In this document: one piece after another, positions 1-9,243 of the stretch
Numbering within the stretch: position 1 is the first letter of the stretch
How the letters are laid out: every line of letters begins with the position of its first letter
DNA from: a virus
Taxonomy: Duplodnaviria; Caudoviricetes
Strand: one strand, 5' to 3'
Length of the DNA: 64,000 bases
IMG/VR virus record: IMGVR_UViG_3300031555_004309
Location: 33,440-97,439 of that record
Translations under genes and position numbers: made by a program
The notes under the pieces: generated by a model
The model's database searches: none
Told to the model about the DNA's origin: nothing
Seen by the model: the letters and a program-made list of their open reading frames with translations, nothing else

Positions 1-843
1 AGTAATAGGAATAAGCGGAGAACCCATCGCATATGCAGAATAATAATCTCCCATTAATCTCGTCTCATTTTTATCATTCCACCAATAAGGCCAGGTCTCA
101 ATTTCTTTTCCTTTATATTCCCAAGTGGACGGTTTATAATTACCAGTTAAGAAGCAATCAATTTCATTCCCAATTTCTTTCTTAACTTTAATACTTTTTC
201 GCGCGGGCCGCTTACCAGGTTCATACTTACCATCTTTAATTTGAAGTACGACGCCTTCCCAACCTTTTTCTAAGCAATAGCCAATGTAATCAAGAAGTTC
301 ATCTCCTTCATAGTAGCGGGCGCGCACCAAGTAAGTAAACTTCATTCTTTCAAACACATTTTTAAACAAAGTAATTCTATCTACCATTTCAGTGTCCATT
401 AAATTTTTTCCACCGTAAGCTAAACAATCAAAAATATAATAATAAAGTTTTTCACCTTTTTCTTGACGTTCTATTGCTTTTGCGGGTAAACATCCCATTA
501 TAGTGGTAACTGCACGACTTTGTTCATTATTAGGAAAGAAAATTTCACCTATTAAACAAGTTCCATTAGGAAATTGAGAAAATTCTTCTTTTAAGTGAGG
601 AACAAGTTCAATTTTATTGAGATATCCACCTTTTGTGCTTTCAGTTCTACTACGAAGAAAAAGATTTCCATCATCATCTTTTAGCATCATAAACCAATGA
701 CCGTCGATTTTTCTTGCCGCGAAATAGTCACCACTTTTAACTGCATTATATACTAATTCTTTAAGGTTAAGACTCTTTGTAGGACTCCAATATTTTTCTG
801 GTGTCATATTTAAAAAATCATAGTTACCAATATATCCGTACAT
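1..843 (-). CDS. ATP-dependent DNA ligase (3' end runs off the window; missing from the ORF track)
   Basis: Manual translation from ATG at 843 (GAGG RBS upstream): MYGYIGNYDF...ARKIDGHW (KxDG adenylation motif), LIGEI, YYIFDCL, GWEGVVL, IKVKK, matching ligase motifs I, III, IIIa, IV and V. Confidence 0.85.
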   Translation of the reverse strand, partial: MYGYIGNYDFLNMTPEKYWSPTKSLNLKELVYNAVKSGDYFAARKIDGHWFMMLKDDDGNLFLRSRTESTKGGYLNKIELVPHLKEEFSQFPNGTCLIGEIFFPNNEQSRAVTTIMGCLPAKAIERQEKGEKLYYYIFDCLAYGGKNLMDTEMVDRITLFKNVFERMKFTYLVRARYYEGDELLDYIGYCLEKGWEGVVLQIKDGKYEPGKRPARKSIKVKKEIGNEIDCFLTGNYKPSTWEYKGKEIETWPYWWNDKNETRLMGDYYSAYAMGSPLIPIT

Positions 844-877
844 TACATTACCTCTTTTCTATTTTTATTCTAATTAT

Positions 878-906
878 ATTATACCACAAAAAAGAAAAAG
901 TGTCAA
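878..906 (-). promoter_or_regulatory. SigA-type promoter for the ligase
   Basis: TTGACA-17 nt-TATAAT with TG extension on the - strand. Confidence 0.85.
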
Positions 907-920
907 GAATTCTTGACACT
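890..920 (-). terminator. Intrinsic terminator overlapping the -35 of the ligase promoter
   Basis: Perfect palindrome AGTGTCAAGAATTCTTGACACT (899-920) followed by a U-rich tract on the - strand. Confidence 0.6.
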
Positions 921-1452
921 AATTCCACTTTTCTATTTCTTTTAAAAATTCTTCACTTTTTATACTTAATTCTTCTATTGTTCCATTGTTCCAAATCGTA
1001 TAATCATATTTTCCAGTATCAGTATTTAAATCTGCGGAATTAAAAAACTTCTCAATCCCATCTCTTTTTATCAAAAGAGTTCTTACAATAATTTTTCTTT
1101 TCTTGAATAACTCCACGAACTCTTTTATTTCCAATTGTTCTCTACAATGAATAAAAACAATACATTCTTTATCGCAAATTTCTTCATATAAATTAATATT
1201 TGCAATATCTTTCATTACTTCTTTAACAGGACCGTTATTATAACTCTTCCACGCTCGTTTTAAGTCTGCTAAAAAGGCGCGCCCAGCATTATCTTTCTCA
1301 CCTTTCCAGCCCATCGTAGTCGCAATCTCTTTCACACTTGTAATTGTAGAAAGATTCTTAATTTCATACTTATCCATACAATAAGTCCTTAACAAAGTAA
1401 CAAAAGTATCTTTACCTGCACCGCCAGCGCCATTAATAATTACAACTTTCAT
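919..1452 (-). CDS. P-loop nucleoside monophosphate kinase-like protein
   Basis: N-terminal GAGGAGKDT Walker A; C-terminal YDYTIWNNGTIEEL typical of phage dNMP kinases. Confidence 0.7.
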   Translation of the reverse strand: MKVVIINGAGGAGKDTFVTLLRTYCMDKYEIKNLSTITSVKEIATTMGWKGEKDNAGRAFLADLKRAWKSYNNGPVKEVMKDIANINLYEEICDKECIVFIHCREQLEIKEFVELFKKRKIIVRTLLIKRDGIEKFFNSADLNTDTGKYDYTIWNNGTIEELSIKSEEFLKEIEKWN

Positions 1453-2453
1453 TATTTCTGCCTCGCTGCTAAATTAAAATCTTCAATTTCCATTTTTCCA
1501 TTCGGAAATAAGAATTTAAACACTTTCATTGCAGAAGGAGTTTCAAGTCCAACTTTTGGAAATTTTACATATCCATCTGCAAATCCATATTTAAAATATT
1601 GAAATTGAATAGGAGTAAAATGTTCAAAATCAAGTTCTTTCTTAAAAGTTTCAAGACTTTTCCAAAATACTTCTTCTCTTGCTTCACGCGCGGCTCCTTC
1701 TTTCGTAGTATAAGTTGTATCTAACATTTTATGGAAAAAGGCACAATGTTCGCCCATATTTCTAAAAACTTTCTTTTCGTTATATTCATTTTTAAAAATA
1801 GTTTGATATGCGAAAATCAAAGTTTCTATTACATCTTCTAAATGGTCAACTGTAAAAGAACCTTCACTTCTTGTAATCGATTCTTCATTATGCATCCAAT
1901 AATACATAGGTTCATTTAAATACCCAACCTTATCAGATAACATATAACATATAGTATTAAAACTACCATCTTCATTATATCTATCACAGAATTTAATACC
2001 TTTTTCTTTTAAATAACTTCTTCTATATACATTACCGTGAAGCCAAGTAGTATCGCCTTGTCCCATTCTATTCCAAGTCTTTTCTTTTGTTTGACTAAAA
2101 AATGCGCCAATAAGGACGTCCATTCCATTTCTTGTCATTTCCGTCTGTGCCATTTGAACTGCACTTGGAGCCAACATATCATCAGCATCTAAAAACATAA
2201 TATACTGATTATTAGTATGGTCTATACCGACCTGCCGCACTAAGCCAGGATACTTCATATTCTTCTCATTTCTAATATACTGAAGTTTAATGAAAGAAGA
2301 AAACTTGTCACAAATCGACTTAATATCCTGAGTTGAACAATCGTCTACTACTGTCACCATACATTTTTCAGGATTTGTTTGGGATACGATTGATGCTAAG
2401 GCGCGCGGAAGCGTCTTTTCTGCATTATAGCAAGGAATTATAATATCAACCAT
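1452..2453 (-). CDS. Glycosyltransferase family 2
   Basis: IIIPCYNA, VVDDCST and FLDADD (DxD) GT-A motifs. Confidence 0.9.
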   Translation of the reverse strand: MVDIIIPCYNAEKTLPRALASIVSQTNPEKCMVTVVDDCSTQDIKSICDKFSSFIKLQYIRNEKNMKYPGLVRQVGIDHTNNQYIMFLDADDMLAPSAVQMAQTEMTRNGMDVLIGAFFSQTKEKTWNRMGQGDTTWLHGNVYRRSYLKEKGIKFCDRYNEDGSFNTICYMLSDKVGYLNEPMYYWMHNEESITRSEGSFTVDHLEDVIETLIFAYQTIFKNEYNEKKVFRNMGEHCAFFHKMLDTTYTTKEGAAREAREEVFWKSLETFKKELDFEHFTPIQFQYFKYGFADGYVKFPKVGLETPSAMKVFKFLFPNGKMEIEDFNLAARQK

Positions 2454-2928
2454 TGGAAACCTCCTGTGTTTTTGCCTTTACGGCTAATTTATCTACATAA
2501 TCATTCCAATCATTTTCTCCAGTATGACCTTTTACTTTATAAAAACCAAATCTCATATCTTCAAAGAAAGGAATAAGTGCTTCCCATAAATCTTTATTTG
2601 CAACGGGTTGACGACCACTATTAATCCAACCATTTTGAAGCCATTTCTTATACCAACCTGCGCGCATACAATTATGAAGATAAGCAGAATCTGTATACAC
2701 ATCAACATAAAGTTCATTATCTTCAGAAAAATGGTCTACACAATACCATAGCCCTTCAAGTGCCGCATAAAGTTCCATTCTATTATTAGTTGCACCCGCA
2801 ATCGGACCAATCGCATATTCATATACAATTTCTTCATTTTCATTTAAAACAATGCCCGCGTATCCACCAACTGCATTACTATATCCATTATTACTAGTCG
2901 CGCCGTCACAATAAATCTTATATTTCAT
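2446..2928 (-). CDS. rnhA: Ribonuclease HI
   Basis: YCDGA, TNNRMEL, YTDSAY, NKDLW, VKGH and DKLA motifs. Confidence 0.95.
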   Translation of the reverse strand: MKYKIYCDGATSNNGYSNAVGGYAGIVLNENEEIVYEYAIGPIAGATNNRMELYAALEGLWYCVDHFSEDNELYVDVYTDSAYLHNCMRAGWYKKWLQNGWINSGRQPVANKDLWEALIPFFEDMRFGFYKVKGHTGENDWNDYVDKLAVKAKTQEVSNG

Positions 2929-2977
2929 ATACTTATACTTCTCCTTTTATTCATTTAATTTTTATATTTATAATTAA

Positions 2978-3051
2978 ATTATACTCCAATTTTTTGTTTT
3001 TGTCAAATTTTAAATTCTAAATTTGACTTTTTCTACAAAATATGGTATAAT
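2978..3051. promoter_or_regulatory. Divergent SigA promoters (rnhA leftward, nrdH-nrdD-nrdG rightward)
   Basis: - strand TTGACA(3006-3001)-17-TATAAT(2983-2978); + strand TTGACT(3023)-17-TATAAT(3046). Confidence 0.85.
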
Positions 3052-3088
3052 TATTATGTATGAATACAAAAAGTAAGGAGGGAATATA

Positions 3089-3295
3089 ATGACTTTGTAT
3101 AGTACAGGTTGTCCAAAATGTAAAGTTTTGGAAACAAAATTAAAAATGAAAAATATTAATTATGAAATTAGTAATGATATTGATTTGCTGGTGCGAAATG
3201 GCATTATGTCCGCGCCCGTTCTCGAAGTAGATGGGGAATTTTTGCTGTTCGCGGACGCAAATAAGTATGTCAATTCGTTGGAGGCAAATAAATGA
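3089..3295 (+). CDS. Glutaredoxin/NrdH-like redoxin
   Basis: CPKC active site, SAPVL cis-Pro motif, coupled to nrdD. Confidence 0.85.
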   Translation: MTLYSTGCPKCKVLETKLKMKNINYEISNDIDLLVRNGIMSAPVLEVDGEFLLFADANKYVNSLEANK

Positions 3296-5211
3296 ACATC
3301 AACATTAAATTGAGCAAAAATTTCACAACCCAATACAATAAAATGCAACAAGAATATGGCGAGGAATTTGCTTATTTAAACGGTTTTGGTGATAAACAAT
3401 TATCGTTCACCGACTTTATCGATAATTTTATTGATGCTCAAACTGTTGCGGACGCGTCTGTTGATGGAAACGCAAATGTAGGTAATAAAGATATGAGGAC
3501 TTTGATGAATGAGATGCCGAAGCCTCATAGAAAATTACTTGCCTTTAACAAAATCCATTATGAATTGAATAAAAAATATGGATTTAAAACCGCAAATGAA
3601 TGGCTTCAAGCAGAATGGACAAAAGCGTTGTATATGCACGATGCAGATACTTCTACTTATATCCATTATTGTTTTGCTTATGACTTAAAAGATTTAGCAG
3701 AACAGGGCTTATATTTCTTAAATAATTTTAACCCAGAGCCGCCCAAGCATTTATCTACTTTTGTCGACTTCGTAAAAGAATTCATTTCTTTTGCAAGTAA
3801 TAGATCTTCTGGCGCAGTAGGACTTCCCAATCTTATTCCTTATATGTATTATTTTTGGAAAAAAGATTGCGAAAATGGATATGCGACAAAGAACTCTGAT
3901 TATTACGCCCGCCAACAAATTCAACGCTTTATATATGCAGTAAATCAACCTTATGTAAGAGATGGACTTCAAAGCGCTTTTACAAATGTAAGTGTTTATG
4001 ACAGTGAATACTTGGAAGCATTATTCGGTGGAAGTGTATTTCCTGATGGAAGTTTTATGGTAGATGAACTTGAAGAAATCAAAGAATTCCAAAAATTATT
4101 TATGGAAGTCGTATCTGATATTCGTTCTCATAATATGTTCACTTTCCCTGTCCTTACGATTTCTCTTTTAAGAAAAGATGGTGAATTTGCAGACAAAGAA
4201 TTTGCGGTTTGGGGCATTAAACATAATATGAAATGGAATGACTCGAATCTTTTCATTGATGATAGTGTTACAAGTCTTTCAAACTGTTGCAGATTAAAAA
4301 GTAATATTGAAGATTTAGGATATTTCAATTCTATTGGTGGAACCGCATTAAAAGTTGGTTCAGTAAAAGTTTCTACTGTTAATTTAGCAAGAATTGCTCT
4401 TGAAACAGACAATGAAGAAGATTATTTACTTAAACTCCAAAAAATGGTAGAATTAGATTGTAAGGTTCTTGATGTTGTTCGTCATATTATTGAAAGAAAT
4501 GTTGAGAAAGGACTTCTTCCAAACTTTTCAAAAGGTTTAGTTGACTTTGAACATTTATATAATACTATTGGTATTATTGGTATTTATGAAACTATGAAGA
4601 AATTTGACTATGTTAAAGTAGACGAATTTGGAAATTCTTATTACACAGAACAAGCAGATGCTTTTGGTAAGAAAATTTTTGAAGTAATCCATAAGACTAA
4701 AGATTACTTTGCTTTAGATAAAAACTATCAAATCAATATTGAGCAAATCCCAGGTGAGAGCGCCGCAGTAAAAATGCAGAAAGCAGATGTAATGTTATAT
4801 CCTGAAACTGCAATTACTGACCTTCCACTTTATGGAAATCAATTTATTCCACTCGGAATTAAAACAACTCTCCAAGAAAGAATTCGTATAGCAAGTCTTT
4901 TTGATAGTTATTGTAATGGCGGCTCCATCGCTCATATCAATATTGAGGCCCCATTCACAACCTTTGAACAAGCTTGGGATATGACAAATTATATTGCTGA
5001 CCAAGGTTTGACTTATTTTGCCTTTAATACTAAAATTCAAGCGTGTGAAAAGAATCACGCTTTTTACGGAGATAAGTGCCCAGTTTGCGGCGGCCCCGTA
5101 ACAACAGAATTTACGCGTATTGTAGGCTTCTATACTCCAATTAGAACTTGGTCAAAAGAAAGAAAAGAAGAATATTCAATGAGAGAATGGGAGAAAGTAA
5201 ATGAAACTTAA
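3292..5211 (+). CDS. nrdD: Class III anaerobic ribonucleotide reductase, no ATP-cone
   Basis: SNCCRL finger loop, C-terminal metal site (CEKNH...CPVC), RIVGF glycyl-radical loop. Confidence 0.95.
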   Translation: MNINIKLSKNFTTQYNKMQQEYGEEFAYLNGFGDKQLSFTDFIDNFIDAQTVADASVDGNANVGNKDMRTLMNEMPKPHRKLLAFNKIHYELNKKYGFKTANEWLQAEWTKALYMHDADTSTYIHYCFAYDLKDLAEQGLYFLNNFNPEPPKHLSTFVDFVKEFISFASNRSSGAVGLPNLIPYMYYFWKKDCENGYATKNSDYYARQQIQRFIYAVNQPYVRDGLQSAFTNVSVYDSEYLEALFGGSVFPDGSFMVDELEEIKEFQKLFMEVVSDIRSHNMFTFPVLTISLLRKDGEFADKEFAVWGIKHNMKWNDSNLFIDDSVTSLSNCCRLKSNIEDLGYFNSIGGTALKVGSVKVSTVNLARIALETDNEEDYLLKLQKMVELDCKVLDVVRHIIERNVEKGLLPNFSKGLVDFEHLYNTIGIIGIYETMKKFDYVKVDEFGNSYYTEQADAFGKKIFEVIHKTKDYFALDKNYQINIEQIPGESAAVKMQKADVMLYPETAITDLPLYGNQFIPLGIKTTLQERIRIASLFDSYCNGGSIAHINIEAPFTTFEQAWDMTNYIADQGLTYFAFNTKIQACEKNHAFYGDKCPVCGGPVTTEFTRIVGFYTPIRTWSKERKEEYSMREWEKVNET

Positions 5212-5683
5212 ATATCTCATAGATGAAGACTTCATAAATTACAAAAAACCTTCAATGTTTTTAGGTTTTCCTCATTGTAGTTTAAAATGTGATAAAGAGA
5301 ATGGCAAACCAGTTTGTCAAAATTCTCATCTTGTTAAAGCACCCATAATCGAAATCCATACTGAAGAAATCGTAGATAGATATCTTAGTAATAGAATTAC
5401 TTCTGCAATAGTCTGCGGCGGCATGGAGCCTTTTGACTCTTGGGAAGAACTTAAACATTTAGTCGAAACCTTCAGAATTTGGACAAATGATGATATTGTT
5501 ATTTATACTGGATATGTGGAAGATGAGATTAAGAATGAGATTGAATTTTTGAGTGATTTTAAGAATATTTATGTAAAATTTGGGAGATTTAAAATTAATG
5601 ATGAAAAGAGATATGATGAATTATTGGGAGTAACTCTTGCCTCTTCTAATCAATATGCGAAAAAAATTTCTCGACAGCAATAA
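5201..5683 (+). CDS. nrdG: NrdD activase (radical SAM)
   Basis: Follows nrdD; CSLKC-x8-C cluster motif, GGMEP, YTGY, KFGRF, SSNQ. Confidence 0.9.
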   Translation: MKLKYLIDEDFINYKKPSMFLGFPHCSLKCDKENGKPVCQNSHLVKAPIIEIHTEEIVDRYLSNRITSAIVCGGMEPFDSWEELKHLVETFRIWTNDDIVIYTGYVEDEIKNEIEFLSDFKNIYVKFGRFKINDEKRYDELLGVTLASSNQYAKKISRQQ

Positions 5684-5735
5684 ATAATTAAAAACTTTCA
5701 CCTCTTTATCACATATATCGGGAGAAAAATAGGAG

Positions 5736-6944
5736 GTGAAAACAATGAGAAAAAATATTATTTCAGCAATTTTAAGTATAATTTTAGCATTTGTTTTTTC
5801 TATCGGTGTATTTGCTGCTACTCCCGCCGCAAAAACAGAAGGGTTCTGGTATCATAAAAACTCTTCTTTTTCTTCGGAAGGAAGCAATGGTAGTGGTGGA
5901 GATTATTATACAAATATGATGATGAATCACACTAAAATGTATTTCGTTCAGACAAAAGATAATGAAATCTTTGAGGTCTCAAATACTCTTTATTTAAACA
6001 AAAGTAATGGTATTAATTATCTTTGGATAAATAGTGTTACAACAAATACTAATGGTACTTGGTCAATTACCACGGGTGCACCTGATAATACAAGCAAGGC
6101 AACTAATGTAAATGCACCTAATAATGTAGGTATAGGAAGTAATGTAGTTGGGTATACTTATACCTCTACTTTTACTGGTAATGGCGCAGAAACAAAAAAT
6201 ATTAACTGGGATATTGATTATAAAGCTGGCGCAATTTCTTGGATAGCATCAAATCATAAAACTTCTTCAGATAATGAGGCGCCCGCAATCGAAATAGTTG
6301 TCTCAGATATGAGAGAATTATTAAATAGAATGGGCGAAGTAGAAATGCTATTAGCAAATGGCGACCTTGAAGAAGAACAATGGGATGTACTTAATGCAAA
6401 TCTTCAAACCATTTTAAACAACTGTGAACTTGATGGTTCTGTATACTATCCTCAAAATACCATTGACCAATTAGTAGCATCTTTAGAAGTTCCAGAATTA
6501 ACAAAAATAGTTCCAAAGAATTATTCTTTTGCATTAGATAGAGATGAATTCCTATTCACAGGTCTTGACGCAGATAATAATTCTGTCGGTGCGATTAAGG
6601 CGCAACTTAAAAATGATAGCACTCAAATTATCATTTTAAGAAATGGCATTGAATTAACTGATGAAGAATTAGTTGGTACAAATTGCGTAATTAGATTAGT
6701 ATCTAAGGCGGACCCGTCAATAATTTATGAAGAGTTTACCTTCATTCTTTATGGAGATGTAGATGGTGATGGCATTATCAATGAAACAGATTATGAGAAT
6801 ACTTTTAATGTTTCATTAGGTTTTGGAACTTTAGAAGGTTTATTTGCTGTTGCAGCAGATACAAACAGAGATACAGTAATTGACGGTTTTGACTGCGCGC
6901 AGATCGACTTACAATCAAATGGAATGAGAAATATCGTTCAATAA
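5736..6944 (+). CDS. Secreted protein with C-terminal type-I dockerin-like domain
   Basis: Signal peptide (MRKNIISAILSIILAFVFSIGVFAA); duplicated Ca-binding loops GDVDGDGIINETD and ADTNRDTVIDGFD. Confidence 0.8.
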   Translation: MKTMRKNIISAILSIILAFVFSIGVFAATPAAKTEGFWYHKNSSFSSEGSNGSGGDYYTNMMMNHTKMYFVQTKDNEIFEVSNTLYLNKSNGINYLWINSVTTNTNGTWSITTGAPDNTSKATNVNAPNNVGIGSNVVGYTYTSTFTGNGAETKNINWDIDYKAGAISWIASNHKTSSDNEAPAIEIVVSDMRELLNRMGEVEMLLANGDLEEEQWDVLNANLQTILNNCELDGSVYYPQNTIDQLVASLEVPELTKIVPKNYSFALDRDEFLFTGLDADNNSVGAIKAQLKNDSTQIIILRNGIELTDEELVGTNCVIRLVSKADPSIIYEEFTFILYGDVDGDGIINETDYENTFNVSLGFGTLEGLFAVAADTNRDTVIDGFDCAQIDLQSNGMRNIVQ

Positions 6945-6964
6945 AATGAAAGAAATAAAAGACG

Positions 6965-6998
6965 ACTCCAAGTTTTTAAAACTTGGAGTTTTATTTTT
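6965..6998 (+). terminator. Intrinsic terminator
   Basis: ACTCCAAGTTT/AAACTTGGAGT stem plus T tract. Confidence 0.8.
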
Positions 6999-7006
6999 AG
7001 AAAATC

Positions 7007-7035
7007 TTGACTTTTTCGCGCGATTTTGATATAAT
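7007..7035 (+). promoter_or_regulatory. SigA promoter for gyrB-gyrA
   Basis: TTGACT-17-TATAAT with TG extension. Confidence 0.85.
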
Positions 7036-7068
7036 ATTTATATATAAAGAAAAAAGAGGTGAAATTTA

Positions 7069-8937
7069 TTGGCAGATAATTATGGAATTAATGATATTGC
7101 CCATCTTGAAACAAGAGAAGCCATGAGAACAAGAATACAGATGTATCTCGGCTCAGATGATACAGATGGAATTTATCAAGCATTAAAAGAAATTATCAAT
7201 AATTCTACCGATGAGGCGCTTGCAGGTTATGGAGATAGAATAGAGATTATTGTTGATGAAAAAAATAATAATGTATCTGTTCGAGATTATGGCCGCGGCG
7301 TCCCATTTGGAATTAAAGACGGAAGAAACTACCTCGTTGCGATTTATACCGAAAGTCATACTGGAGGTAAATTTGATAAGGGAGTTTACAAAAATTCGTC
7401 GGGCCTCAATGGTATTGGTGGTACAGCAGTATGTATGTCTTCAAGATTTTTTATCGTTAGTTCAATTAGAGATGGTGTAGTTGCGACTGCACATTTTTCA
7501 AAAGGAAATCTTGAAAATTATAGTGAGAAATCAACGAAAGGTTTAGGAAAAGATTTTGAAAAAAATGGTACTTTAATAGATTTTGGTCCAGATCCCGAAG
7601 TCTTTAAGAATATGGAAGAAGGATTTTCTTTTGAAAGAATTTGTAAAGAGATAAAAAATATTTCTTATCTTAATAAGGGTATTCATTTTGTTATTAAAGA
7701 ATATCTTGGAGACGGAAAATTTGGTAAAAAAATAGAATACTATTCTAAAAATGGTATTGCCGACTTCATCACAGACAAAGTTCAAAACCCAATTATGAGT
7801 AAACCTATAATTGCTACTGCAAAAGATGATGAAGATGAAGTGGAAATTGCTTTTATGTGGAGTAAGGACGCTACTCAATCTTATGTATTTGTAAATGGTC
7901 TTTATTGCCCAGAAGGCGGCACCCCGATAACTGGCGCAAAAACAACTATTACTACTTCGATTAAAAGATTAAGTGGTAAAAGTTTCGATCCAGAATTAAT
8001 TAGAAAGGGACTTGTTTTTGCGATAAATTGTAAGGTATCAAATCCTTCTTTTGCAAATCAGACAAAAAGTAAAATAAATAACCCCAATCTTCGTACTCTT
8101 GCTTCGGCGGCCTTTAAAGAAGGTCTTGAAGAATTTGCCAAAACATCAGATTTTGACAAAATTATTGAAATTATGAAGAAAATGACAAAAGCCGAGGCGG
8201 CCGCAGATAAAGCAAGAGAAGCCGTTCTTAATCATACAAAAGAAATGAACGAGGCTGCGAAAGATAAATTCTTAATGATGGATAAATTAAAAGATGCGGA
8301 GTTCTTAGGAGAAAACGCAACTTTATTGATTGTAGAGGGTGACTCGGCTGCGGGCGCAATCATTCAAGGAAGAGATGTCGACTATTATGGACTTCTTCCA
8401 ATTCGTGGTAAGTGTATAAATGCAATGTCTAATCCAATTGAAGATGTTCTCGCTAATGCAGAAGTAAAAGCAATTTTAAAAGCATTAAATATAACTGCAA
8501 ATGGAACTTACAATCCAAAGAAATTAAGATATGGAAGACTTGGCATATGTGTCGATGCGGATGATGACGGCGCACACATAGCACTTCTTGTTACAACACT
8601 TATCTATACGCTCTGCCCGCAGTTTGTGCTTGATGGAAGACTTTATTGGTTGCAAGCCCCTCTCTATAAAGCAACAAGTGGTGGAAAAACAACTTATTAT
8701 TTTAATGATAAAGAAATGCCGAAAAATATTACGGGAGAAATCACTCGTTATAAAGGACTTGGTGAAATGAGTCCGCAAGATGTTGAAGTTTCTATGTTTG
8801 GTTCTGAACAGAGACTTCTTCAAATCGTACCAAGTGAAGAGGGTATTAAGAGATTAACTGAACTAATGGATAAAGATGTTGAGCCAAGAAAAGAATTTGT
8901 TTTCAATAATATAGATTTTAGTACAATAGAGGTATAA
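7069..8937 (+). CDS. gyrB: Type IIA topoisomerase/gyrase subunit B
   Basis: GHKL motifs (EIINNSTDE, DYGRGVP, HTGGKFD, GLNGIG); TOPRIM motifs EGDSA, PIRGK, DADDDG, RYKGLGEM. Confidence 0.95.
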   Translation: MADNYGINDIAHLETREAMRTRIQMYLGSDDTDGIYQALKEIINNSTDEALAGYGDRIEIIVDEKNNNVSVRDYGRGVPFGIKDGRNYLVAIYTESHTGGKFDKGVYKNSSGLNGIGGTAVCMSSRFFIVSSIRDGVVATAHFSKGNLENYSEKSTKGLGKDFEKNGTLIDFGPDPEVFKNMEEGFSFERICKEIKNISYLNKGIHFVIKEYLGDGKFGKKIEYYSKNGIADFITDKVQNPIMSKPIIATAKDDEDEVEIAFMWSKDATQSYVFVNGLYCPEGGTPITGAKTTITTSIKRLSGKSFDPELIRKGLVFAINCKVSNPSFANQTKSKINNPNLRTLASAAFKEGLEEFAKTSDFDKIIEIMKKMTKAEAAADKAREAVLNHTKEMNEAAKDKFLMMDKLKDAEFLGENATLLIVEGDSAAGAIIQGRDVDYYGLLPIRGKCINAMSNPIEDVLANAEVKAILKALNITANGTYNPKKLRYGRLGICVDADDDGAHIALLVTTLIYTLCPQFVLDGRLYWLQAPLYKATSGGKTTYYFNDKEMPKNITGEITRYKGLGEMSPQDVEVSMFGSEQRLLQIVPSEEGIKRLTELMDKDVEPRKEFVFNNIDFSTIEV

Positions 8938-9243
8938 ATGAAAAGAATTAAAAAATTTATTATGTGTTTAAAACAAAAACATTACTCAAAATATTATACT
9001 AAAAATTTGCCTCATAACTGTCACAGTTGTTATTATCGACATAGATGTTCATATCCAGTTCCAGGTTTTAATGAAGTTAATGGAAAAATCATTTGGAATG
9101 AATGTAAGCATTGGAAACCTGGAGGATGTTATAGTTGCCAAATGATATTAGAAAATGATGATGTTTGGTTTGAAAATAATTGTGAATGTGAGTGTTTTGG
9201 AGGTTGTAGCAAATGGAAATTACGAAAAGATTTCAACAAATAG
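8938..9243 (+). CDS. Cys-rich hypothetical protein inserted between gyrB and gyrA
   Basis: 101 aa, 11 Cys, GAGG RBS, overlaps the gyrA start. Confidence 0.6.
   Translation: MKRIKKFIMCLKQKHYSKYYTKNLPHNCHSCYYRHRCSYPVPGFNEVNGKIIWNECKHWKPGGCYSCQMILENDDVWFENNCECECFGGCSKWKLRKDFNK

Noticed and set aside
801-1043. 80-aa + strand ORF
   Set aside because: Antisense shadow of the ligase, promoter and kinase region; no RBS.
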